Source: Octopus bimaculoides
Taxonomy: Eukaryota
Assembly: GCF_001194135.2 (NCBI RefSeq)
Contig: NC_068988.1
Span: forward strand, 82,909,334 to 82,964,518
Direction: 5' to 3'
DNA: 55,185 nt
Every line of letters starts with the position of its first letter. Positions within the stretch are counted from its first letter, which is position 1. Below the pieces are notes generated by a model. That model was not told the DNA's origin. It saw nothing but the letters and a program-made list of their open reading frames with translations, and made no database searches. Position numbers and translations under genes: made by a program. Of this stretch, positions 23,401 to 35,885 are shown one piece after another.

Positions 23401-26400
23401 AAATTATATTTACTGCTTAATCCAAGATTAGTCAATAAGGTGTAATATATTTATTTAAATTTATGATGTTTCAGGTATGTTTTAGCTTTATATTTCCTTT
23501 TCCTTCTACATTTATAGAAGTAAAAAAACAAATTGTATTCCATTTTATAAAACATCTGTTGATGTTATTTATTCATTTTCTATGTCTATGGCTATTTATG
23601 CTGTTAGCAGTTTTAATGTTCATGCTACCTCTAAAGTTCTCTTACCTGATACAATTGCCAGATATTTCACAATGCTTTATGTTTGTATTGTTGCACTGAC
23701 AATACAATACAATACAAGGCTCCTATCTATTCATTTCTTGTATACTGATCAAGATAATTCACTTGATACTGTTGGAGATATACTGTTGTGGGTTCAACTG
23801 TTAGATACCTTACTATTTATCATCCTAATCTTCATACATTTTCATTAAAACCATTCTTAAAATAATGATAATGAGCTTATTGTACACACTGCTCTGATGC
23901 ATTACAGCTTATCAGAAAAGAATAAAAGATATGTGTCATAAAGAAAGATGACAGTGAAGACTAGAAGTACATGCACAATACACAGAATAAAAGACAAAAA
24001 GACAGAAAAACATACAGCAAAAGAGCCATAAAGAGGAAAGGTGTGTTGGAGTAGTGTTCATGAATTTCTGGAAGGATGGAGTTTTGAGAAGGATGCAGTC
24101 GCCTGACATCTAACAACTGATGCAATAAGCTTATTCCATGCATTGGTGTTCTGAGCATGTTTCCTAAACTTTGCTCTATTTAAAATACATGAGTAATTTA
24201 AAAATATTAAATCAATATTTCTCAAATTCTACATCATTCTACTCTATACATTTTCAGGTTGTTTCTGTTGTTTTGTGATAATTGCATTACAACTTTGTCA
24301 TTCATTACCTTTGAGAATCATTAATATTTTAATGTTTCCCTCTTAAATCTGCAGATAACAGCAGCATATTTCTCTTCACTCATAAGAATCAAAATGTATT
24401 TGAAGTTACAAACTACAAAGAAGAATTTCGCTCTTGGTTATTTAACAATTATGTTGTTGAAGGTAGGTGGTTATTTTAAACTCTCTCTCTCTATCTCTCA
24501 ATAAACTACAATATCAACATAACTGTTCTCTCTCTATATAAGTTTTTGATAAATTTTTACTATTACACTCATCTCACTTTGAAGGTAAAATTTATGTTTT
24601 TTCTCTGTGTCTTTTGATATGTTTTGAATGAATTTGACTATTAAAACCATTATAAATCACTTATTCTTTAAGTAAACCTAAAGCATGCTTGACAACCGGT
24701 GTTGATGTATTTGTGTTCCCTGGTTCAGCAAAAGAGACTGATAGAATAAGTATCAGGCTTAAAAAAAAGAAGTACTGGGGTCGATACATTCAACTAAGAA
24801 TTCAAGGTGGTGCCCCAGCATGGCCACGGTCTAATGACTGAAACAAGTAAAAGATAAAAGATAAAAAAGATATACATATGACAGGCTTTGTATACTTTCT
24901 AGAGGTAAGCAAATAGGAAATAACAGTTGCTCCCCAAAAACAAAAATTGTGTTACCTCAGTGTTATATGTAATAATGGCAGTAACTGAAATAGGTCAATG
25001 GCTTGAATTTGGATAATTATGTTAATTTAGGTAATTAAGATTCACTAATTGCTATATGCAAAAAATATTAAAAATATTTTTAAAATGTTAAAACGTATTT
25101 TTAAAAATATCAATGCAAATGGGACCTGTGCTGGTGGCATGTAAAGGCACCCATTACATCTCAGAAGGGTTGGCATTAGGAAGGGCATCCAGCTATAGAA
25201 AACCATGCCAAATCAGACTGGAATCTGGTGCAGCCTTCCAGCATGCAAGCACAGTCAATCCGTCCAACCCATGCCAGCATGGACAACGGATGTTAAATGA
25301 TGATGATGATGATGATTGAAAAATATATTCAAAATTGATAAAAAAAAATATTTTAAAAAATATTAAAAATTAAATTAGAAACTTGCTTTTTTATTGTATT
25401 TATTGAACACTGAAATAACAAGAAATTTTCAATATAGGATGACAGGAAAATGCAGATTTTCAATGGGAGTTGTACCATCTGCACTGTCATGAATCCATCA
25501 CAAGTCTCTGTTGTGTACCATTCCCAAGGAGAGCTTAAGTACATCATTATATTGCTTAATGGTTAATCCAGTTTTGGCTTTAGTTGAACATTAATGATAT
25601 GTTTTGTAATTTATGAACAATAAAAAAAGAAGCAGGATGTATCTTTACGGCAACAGTAGATGAACAGCTGTTGTACAAGTTTTGTACAGTGTGTTAGATG
25701 TGTAATGTGGCCTTGCTAGATTTAACTGAGTAACATTAGATTTAACAAGATACTGGGTATCAATTGAGGCAAAGCAATGAACTAAGTATGGTTTGTTAGA
25801 TGTGTAGTGTGACTTTGATAAATTTAGCTGAGTAATAAATTTAACAAGGGACTGTGTATCAGAAACACATCTATCTATCTATATATATATATGACTTGAC
25901 TATACAGGAAATGGTATCATCATCATCATTTAATGTCCTCCTTCCATGCTGGCATGGGTTGGACAGTTTGACAGGAGCCTGCACCAGACTTCTGTGTCTG
26001 TTTTGGCATGGTTTTTACAGTTAGATGCCCTTCCTAACACCAACCACTTGGCAGAGTGGACAGAGTGCTTTTTTATGTGGCACAAGCAAGGTCGGTTTTG
26101 GTATGGTTTTTACAGCTGCCCTTCCAAACATCAACCACTTTACAGTGTGAACTGGATGCTTTTTGTGTGGAATATGTATGGTAAATGGATGATATTGCAG
26201 GTTGGGAAAAATAGTGTTGTATGCTGAAATTCTTTATTTTATTATTGCTTTCAGTTATTGAGCTGTGGCTACTATTGGGCACTGTCTTTTTTCACTTGTG
26301 ATACACTTACATTCTTTTCAGAATTTGGTGGCACACCTGAACTAAAAATATAACTTAAAGTATAGGGAAAAAAATTATATTCAGGTTACACTGTGGCACA

Positions 26401-29400
26401 CCTAGCATCGTCTCCTGGCACACCAGTGTGCAACAGCATTCTGGTTGCAGAGCACTGTTCTAGAGTATAGTTGTTTACATTAATTACAACACTTATTTTA
26501 TTAATCTTGAAATACTAGAAGCTAAGGTGGACTTATGCTGATTTAACCTTAAAACATTCAGAGACATAACCAAATACTACAAGGTTATTTTGTCAGACAC
26601 TGTACTGATTCTATCATTCCCTGCCAGTATCATTTGCTCATTTGTTTACATGTCCATTTTTCCATGATAGCATGGGTTGTACAAACAGTGGATTAAGGGG
26701 AAAGGAAAGGGGATAACTTAGCCATTTGAAAAATAATGATTGATAAAATAAGTAATAGGTTTGATATGATTGAATACAAATCATTGAAGGCAGTGCCCCA
26801 GCATGGCCACAGTCCAGTGAATGAAACCAATTAAAGAATAAAAGAGAGTAAAATATCTTTATGTAGAGGTCTATAATCCATATTATCATAGATTAATATA
26901 TGTTAAATCAGTAATGATCATAATGATTTATACTAAGATGTTATTAACCAGTCTTTGATTGAGTCTTAGTCATTTCATTCTCTTTCCTTGGGGCATAGTA
27001 TATCTAGGAGTATGTTATCCAATATGATGTTTCTATTTTAAGATGATAGAATGTACTTTAAGAGAGGCTTGGTTTTTATTTCTACATAACTGTTTTCTTT
27101 TTGGCCCCAATTTGAAATAAGTTTTGTTGTTATCTTCTGTTTTCAGATGGCTCCCTGTTGTTTGTCTCACCTGTTGATCCCCTTTTCCTTATTTTACCCT
27201 ACTTAATAAAGGCAGAAAAGAAGGTAATTACTTGAATTCTTTCCCTATGTATATATATATCATCATTATCATCATCTTCACCACCATCACCATTTAATGT
27301 TCATTTTCCAAGATGGCATGGGTTGTACAGTTTGACAGGATCCAATAGTTTCAGGGACTGTATCATGCCCTACTGCCTACTTTTGCAAGGTTTCAGTTTC
27401 TGGATACCCCTCTTAACACCAACCACTTTACAGTATGTACTGGGTGCATTTTTTATGACACCAGCACTAGTAAGGTTGCCATGCACCTTGCAAGTCTATG
27501 AACCTCAAGAGAGATGGCTTTATGCTTGGAGATGAGAGAGGGGTCAAAGCAGAACAGGTTTCTTTGTGTAGAGGAGCTACATAGCTACTCACATTTTAGA
27601 AGAAAATACAAGGGGGATCAGAGTGAAGATAAAAAGAGATAAAAATAGTGGTAATGAGATGTCTGGGTGGATTTGAAATTGTTGAAAAATATTAAAGTTT
27701 ATTTCAATTTGAAGGATGATGTTCAGATTTTACATTTTTTGGCTATTCTTCCAGCTGTGGCCATCTCATTAGTTTTCTCTTCTGACACAGTGTATCAAGG
27801 ATTACATTATCGAATGTGTCCTTCTATATTAAGGACATCGGATGTAATTTGAGGGTTATTTGGATACTATTTCCAACAGATGGTGTGACCATGCAAAAAC
27901 TTTATTATCTCTATGAATGTCTTTACTTTTACAATGTAGGGGTAAGAAAAAATGGTAAAGGCCCCCTTCAGTCACAAATGATCATGGGATTGCACATAGA
28001 AAGTTCCCCTCCGAGGCACAAGTATGGGCAAGGTTTTTTTATGGAAGAACAGCAGTCGCCCTTGCACACCAGTCTCCCTTCTCTACGCCACCAATGTTGT
28101 CCAAGGGAAAGGCAAAGGCTGATACAGCTTGGCACCAGTGACATTGTAACTAATTTCTACAGATGAGTGAACTAGAGCAATGTGAAATAAAGTGTCTTGC
28201 TCAAGAACACAGCACACCATGTAGTAATACAAGTAGTATTGACCACATTACCTTGCATATGTGTACCTACTACAGATTGCTGAGTTCCCCTATCATTCAT
28301 CCTTCTTACTACTTTACGTTATCATTCATACCTCCATATCTCTCACTCAGTAAACTGGTTGACCCGCAAGCAGAAACATGGAGTTGTGAGGACCCTTTGG
28401 CCTTGTTGAAGATATGGTTACTTCACTAATACAGGTGCCACAAAAAGAATAATAATAATATAAAAAACAACACCCAATTGTAAAAAAACAAACTAAAAAT
28501 GAAACGTAAGTAAAATGCAGTCCTCTGAAGCATTTAGGTGAGCACTGTCTCCTGAATATGAGCTGACTTCAACCATGGCAAACTCATCCAACAACCTACA
28601 GCAGTATAGAAGGTGGGCATAAAATGATAATAATGATGATGGTAATGGTGATGAGAAGTATAATTATTACAGTAGGATGGTATTATAAGCAGTGTCAGTT
28701 GTAACATAATGTTCCTTCTTACCATATACAGGAGTGTACACAGTGAAGGTACATGGCTCAGTGGTTAGAGCATTGGGCTAACAATCACGAGGTTGTAAGT
28801 TCAATTCCTGAATCGTGCTGTGTTGTGTTCTTGAGCAAGGCACTTTATCTAACATTACTCTTTACCCTTTACAATATTACCAATACTACCACTGTATAGT
28901 CAATATCACCACCACCATTATACCACTGTGTAGTTAATACATCACCACCAGTACCACTGTATAGACAACACTGTACTTATAGTACCTACACAACCAATTT
29001 TAGTAAATTTTTGAGAACCAACATTATTTATACTGTTGTATAGGATGGGGTATTGAAAAGTTCCTGGCTTTAAGGGTATCATGAAAGCCTGGTTGAAGGC
29101 CCAATCTTCCAAGTTCTTTTACAGAAAAAACTGAAGGACAGCTGCAATAAGAGTGTGAATCTGAGAGGGGAATATGTTGAATAAAATCATAATTAACCGA
29201 TCCTCCTGTATTTTCTTTTAGCCAGAGTCAGGAACTTTTCAGCTCCCCATCGTACAAGAGTGACTTATTATTCACTGCTTTAGATTCTACTTGTCTAATG
29301 GACAGAGACAAATGATTATTTCCATGGTTAATGTTCAGTGTGAATTATTTACCTGTTAGTGGTTAAGGAAACAATTGTTGTAGGGAGTATGGTGAAGTTC

Positions 29401-32400
29401 CATAAGAATGCATTTGTGTGGTGATGGATTGGTTAAAGTAGTGTTACACTACTATCTTAAACTTGACTGAAGTGTTTGTAAGCTAATAACAATGCTGAAA
29501 GTATTGAGAGGTAGTGCTGGAAGAGTTACCCTGTTTAACCCTTTAGCATTCAGATTACTCTGTCAAATGTAATGCTTATTTTATTCACATTGTTTTGAAT
29601 TAATCATGCTATCTTGTAGCTTTGAGATTTCAATGATATGATCATTTACTTTTAGAATGACTGTAGGGTGGATACGAGAGGGTGGACCTGGCCAGTTTGA
29701 ACAAAAAACAGATAGAATATTTGGGCCGGGGTTAATCCATCACCTGGTCCTTGGCTACCCATTCTGTTACATACACTCAGTTGGATCTCCTACCTGAGGA
29801 GGATTTCCTTCTTTCCTGTTAATCTAAGAAGCTAAAGAAAGGCCATAGTCACTGCCCTTTCTCTTCTGGTCAGCTATTACAAAACAACTTTTTTAAAGAT
29901 TTTTATGGATGTGTAACCCTCGGCTAAATTCAAAATGTAGTTTAACTTATTAATAATTACTGAAATCATTTATTGGACATAATGGTTATTGATATTGTGA
30001 TTGTTATTTCAGACTGGAAAGTTTATGACTATTGATCACATGCTTGAAGATGACCAGTATCTTGACATACATCACCTTTCTGAAAGTGTGAGAGTAAAAG
30101 ATCTCTCGCTAATCACAGATGTTAAAAGTAATAGTTTTTTTTGTTTATTTTTTTATATATATCAGCTAAACTGTTTGTCTTCATTTCTGAACCCATTTTA
30201 TCATCATAATCTCTGTAATATGTCCATTCTTCTCTGTTTGTGTGGCATGAATGATCCCAATGTCTGGTTATTTTTTTTATTTCTGTTTCAACCACCAAAT
30301 TATCTCTTCTCCACCACCATATGTCTTCCCCCTTTCCCATTCACTACATTTACTCCACATTCTTACAACCTACCCAACTACATACCATCTCTCTCTCCCT
30401 TCTACCCATCCTCTCTCTTCTCAATCTACTGTATTATTATTATTATTTTATGTTTGACTTTTTACTTTGCATTTGTACAAGTTGGCTCCAAGTCTCACCA
30501 ACAGACCTCAAGAGACAACATCTAGGTGTTATGCCTAGGGTACCATATCTTTGGATTTGTACATAGTGTTGTTCTAGAGAATGTTTAAGAAACCATAAGA
30601 AAATTGAGTTTGTTTTAAAATTTGAGATTACATAGTCAGTATTTTACGTAGGATATGGGCAGTTCCCATGAGCACTATCTTTTGAATTTCTGCCATTTTG
30701 GGGTTTCCTGGTATCTGAGCTAGGACCATGATTGAAGCTCCTCTCCATCTTACCTCTTGTATGCAGCATGCATCGACACGTCTCCTTTCAAGCATCTCTA
30801 CAATCTCACTAGACCTACCTTTCAGTGTGCCTACATTGACAGTGCCAACTCTGAAAACTGAGAAAAAGGAATGTGGGGTGAGGTTTGGGGAAGAGAGATG
30901 TTATTCAGTGCCTAAAAAGAAGAAGGGGGTTGTCATGTTCGTTTTTTTAGGCATGCTTCACCTGTTCTCATCATCATCATCATCATGAGAAGACCTGTCA
31001 AGCCAAGTGCACCCATGCTGGTGGCACGTAAAGAACATCTTTTGAACATTGGGCCCACAGAGGCAAAGTGACTGAGTTCCCTTTGAGTGTTGGGCCTCAT
31101 GGAGGCAATGACTGAGACCTTTGGCATTATGTTGTGCTTGAAGAGAAGACCCATCAAGTTGAGCAAAATCTCAGTCATGGCAGATACCGGTGTCATGCAA
31201 ATTGGTACCGCAGTGTCACACAAATGGCACCTGTGCCGGTGGCACATAGAAGCACCCGTTACACTCTCAGAGTGGTTGGTGTTAGGAAGGGCGTCCAGCC
31301 AAATCAGACTTGAGTCTGGTACAGCTTTCCAGTGTGCCAGTACAGTCAAACCATCCAACCTGTGCCAGTATGGACAACAGATGTTAAACGATGATGATGA
31401 TGATGATGATGATGACACATACATTATCCGACATGCACAGTATTATATATCCATTATGGCCGATCTTACCAATTGGTTTCACACAAGAGATTCAGTGGAG
31501 TGTTAAGTGACAATCCGATTATGTAACCCTGTGCGCATCAGAGGTAGCTGTTATGGAATACTCTTAGTTGAAGTCAAAAAGATAAAATTATTTTAGCATT
31601 TTTTACCCTGTCTTATTTTCCTTATATATATATATTCAAAGCAGACAATGGGCTTCTTTCAGTTTCTGTCTACCAAGTCAACTCATAATGCTTGGGACTT
31701 TAATAAAAGAAAGAGATTTGGCTGATATTTTCAGCAGGTTGAAGGGTTATGTAGGGACTCCCTTGTTCGCTGAAAATAAATGGTCGTTTTCCTTAAGGTC
31801 AACCCTGATTACGGTCAAAGCTACTGACCACCCAATCTTCAGTATTCAAATATACTCTACATAGAAATTTATTTAATGTCCTTTTATTTTTTAAGAATGT
31901 TTGGCTGCTATTTACAGCAGGTTATGCACCCAGTTAGCGACTCCTCTATTGGTTTGTTAGTAGCAGCAGTAGTAGTAATAGTATTAGTAGTAGTAGGAAT
32001 AGTCAGTTGACTGTATTGTATACACCCCATACAAAAACTGTGATGTTTAAATTAACCCTGATCAAGCAGTCCTATGATCAAAATAGTGCTCTTGTCATCA
32101 CTGCCTTGGGTTACATTATCCAACGTGTCCTTTTTGTTATAAGATGGTCGGGTGTAATTTGAGGGAAATTGGGCTGCCCACTCGTTGTCTCGGTCAACTA
32201 CATGTATTTACTTGTAGAAGTAAAAAGAAATGTCTTCCGGGTGCATTACTCAGTTAAGGGGAGATAATTTCCAATGTGTGTTATTTCCAATGCGTTCTGG
32301 TTTTTGAGCAGTGCTGTTCTTTTATAGTTTAAGACTGTCTGCTACTGAAACATTCATCAGGTACATTACTCTCCTACCGCTTACTGTAGTGAATTGTTTC

Positions 32401-34937
32401 TTTCTGTTTTACAGCCAGATAGATTGGGCTATCATTCACCTGTGATCAGACTGCGTAATGTGCTTCAAAAATTTCACTTTACAACCATATTGTTCCATTT
32501 TTCAAGCCCACTGTACAAAAACCTTGGCAAGTAGTTGGGAAATAAACTTATTAACCACACAACTCTACCTGCACCTACAACCTGCCTGTACATTCAGAAT
32601 ATAATTTTGTTATTTCTGCATTGCAGATAGTAGAAGCTGTTTTTTAGTCAGAATTATTTCCAGTTCTGTTGTTTTCAAGATATTAGTTTAGTTTCTAAGC
32701 TATTAATTTACCATTCTTTTATTGAAATTAATTCTATGTTTTATTTTCTTTAGAAAGTGATAGTATTGTTGCTTGTCGTTATTCTGAGGAGAAAACTTTA
32801 TCTTGGCTCCAACGTAAGGTAAATATAGTTCTAAACTTTTTACTTTTAGTGTATCTTAGGAAGGTTACTTGGCTTGTATAATAAAACAGTTGTGGACAAT
32901 TTTAAGAAATATAATAATCATAATGATAATGGTTTCAAATTTTGGCACAAGGCCAGCAAGTTTTGGGGTGCAGGGGCTAGTTGATTACATCGAGCCTAGT
33001 ACTCAACTGGTACTTATTTTATTGACCCTGAAAGGATGAAAGGCAGTTGACCATGGCAGAATTTGAACTCAGAACGATTTGAACTCAGAGCATTTTGGCC
33101 AGTGTGGTAATGATTCTGTTTCCAATAATTATGCTATTCCTAGTTTACCAAGCATTTCTATTGTAAGGTAAACAAGTTTTTTTTTTTTAATCTAGATGGC
33201 AAAAAAATCCAAATAGGTGCAGGAATAATTGTGCCATTAAGAAGTTTGTTTCACAACCACATGGTACGTGGTAGCTTGGGCAATTATCTTCTATAACCTT
33301 GTGTGTTCCTCATGGAATGTAGTTGATGCCTGTTATGAATGCCCTTTGTGTATAAAAATTAGGTATAATGAGTGATGACTGGGTTTGGTAGACAACAAAA
33401 GAAAAAAAAACTTGAAGAGAGCACAATAATGTGTATTGTTGCCAATTTTAGAGTTAAAACTCTATATTAAAGGATTATTAAGCTTCTAGAGTTTGTTCTT
33501 GAAAGTTCTCTAGCATTTTCTATGGTGGAGTCTGTGAGTGTGTGTGTATGTGCATGCATGTTAAATATATGATAGTTGTACGTGAGAAATGAGGTATAAA
33601 CCATGGGAAAATACCAGTGATTATCACTGTTAATAAAGAGTAAAATCCCATATTAAATTTTTTTAATCCTTTTGATACCAATCTGCTCGAGACCATCCTT
33701 GGTTCTATGATGCAAACTTCTGTTTTAAAGTGATGCAAATTAATATCATTTCATGTTAATTTATGCTTCAAACACCAGTTCAAATTCTTCATTGTTTTCA
33801 AAATGAATTGAAACAAGGCAGGTGCATTTCAACAGATATCTTCTAGTAAAAGAGTTAATCTTCTAGAATTAATTCTGTTTTGGAGAGTTCTTTGATATTT
33901 TCTGTGCATTTCTGTAAGAAATGAAGTATAAACTACAGGAAAATGTTTGGCTGTGATCAACACCCACTTTTATAATTTTGTTTCATTTTCTGCAAGGTAC
34001 AAAAGGTAGCCAAGGTTTTTTCTGAAAAAGGGGTGCATGTCTCAGAAGGTGTTGCACATTCAAAGACATACATAAAGACCATGAAAGAAAATCCTCATTT
34101 AAAAGGTAAGACAGAATTACATTTTTGATAATTTTTCTTCTTGCTGTGTGGTTAAGGAGTTTACTTTCCAACAACATGGTTTTAAGTTCAGTCCCACTGC
34201 ATGGAACCCAGACCAACCAAGGCCTTGTGAATAGATTTGGTAGTGAGAGAACTGAAAGAAGCTGCTGCTTGTGTCTGAGCATGTGTATATATGTATGTTT
34301 ATATCTCCTTGTCTTGACATCACATGATAGCTGTAAACGAGTGTTGTTGTCATACAAGCAGCGTCAATCATTGCTAATGTTCTGTGAAAAAATGCCTGGG
34401 TATGTGGTAGTATGAATATGTTTGGAAACAGGTTAGGGTTGGTGACAGGAAGGGCACCTGCCTGTAGAAAACCTGCTTCAACAATCTCTGTCCAGCCCAT
34501 GCAAGCATGGAAAAGTGGACATTAAAAGGCTGATGATGATGATGATGATGTATGTGTTATGTGGGTGCATTCTATCTCCTTGTTTTGACATTGTATGATA
34601 GTTGTATGCTGCCCTGCCATAGTAGCCAAGTTTGTGGAGACACCCAACAGCTGTTCTGGGACTGACATCAACTTGTTCTGCTATGTCAGAGGCGTTGCAA
34701 CAAGGATTATTCTCCATACTTCTCGTAAAGCAAAGGGTCCTGTCAGAGGGCCCTAGTTGACCTGGGGAAGGTGATGTGGACTCCTTCCTCTGTCTGGTGA
34801 ATTTTTGTCAGTGAACATGTTGTGGTTTCAAAGCGACGAAAATATTTTGACACAAATTAGCTTTAAATATTGAAGTGAATCTAATGGTTTGTTTTGTGTG
34901 TTCTTAAATGACTTATAAACATCTTCCATGCTGCAAT

Positions 34938-34969
<32 letters not shown>

Positions 34970-35853
34970 CATCATCATCATTTAACGTCTGCTTTCCATG
35001 CTAGCATGGGTTGAATGATTTGTCTGAGGACTGGCTAGCTAGAAGGCTGCACCAGGCTCCAATCTGATCTGGCAGAGTTTCTACAGCTGGATGCCCTTCC
35101 TAACGCCAACCATTTCGAGAGTGTAGTGGGTGCTTTTGTGTGCCACCGGCATGAGGGCCAGTCACACGGTACTGGCAATGGCCACACTCAAAAAGGTGTT
35201 TTTTACGTGCCACCTGTACGGGAGCCAGCCCAGCGGCACTGGCAACAACCTCGCTTGAATGATTTTCTAACTTGCCACCAGCACAAGTGCTAGAAGGCAA
35301 CGCAGGTAATGATTACGCTCAAATGGTGCTATTTACGGGCCGCTAGCACGGAAGCCAGACAGCTGCTCTAGCAATGAACACGCTCGGACAGTGCTGTTAG
35401 TGCTCCACTGGCGGGCGTTGCTCCTGCATGGTCGCAATCAAATGACCGAAACAAATAAAAGAATAAAAGAAAAGAGTATATATATAATCCAAATAAGGCA
35501 AAGAAATCCTTTACCACGTCTTTAATGATTCACTACAATTGTTTCTGTACCAACTATAATTGCAATGCCAGTTTATGCAAAAATTCGAAGGGAAAATTTT
35601 TAAATGTTTCCAGTTTTAGATATTTGAGTGGCTCTTCATCAGACTTGCATCAGAAGGTTGTGCCATCACATTGTGTGTCTTCCAGACATTGTTTCTTGGC
35701 TTATATCAGGATGAAACAAAAAGTGTGCTTAGGGGATGAGTAAATAACATAGAAATCAAGGGTGGTGTGATATAGAGGAAGAATATAAAGAAGAACTTCG
35801 TATTCTTCCTCTTCATTCTTCCCACATGATCCCTACCTTTATACCCTACTAGG

Positions 35854-35885
<32 letters not shown>

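Noticed and set aside
28747-28815. tRNA gene candidate
   Set aside because: A and B boxes are present, but there is no acceptor stem and it runs into a SINE core found elsewhere in the window.
30001-30525. 174-aa ORF
   Set aside because: Only 30013-30127 is real (RNASEH2B exon 5). The remainder is intron read-through.
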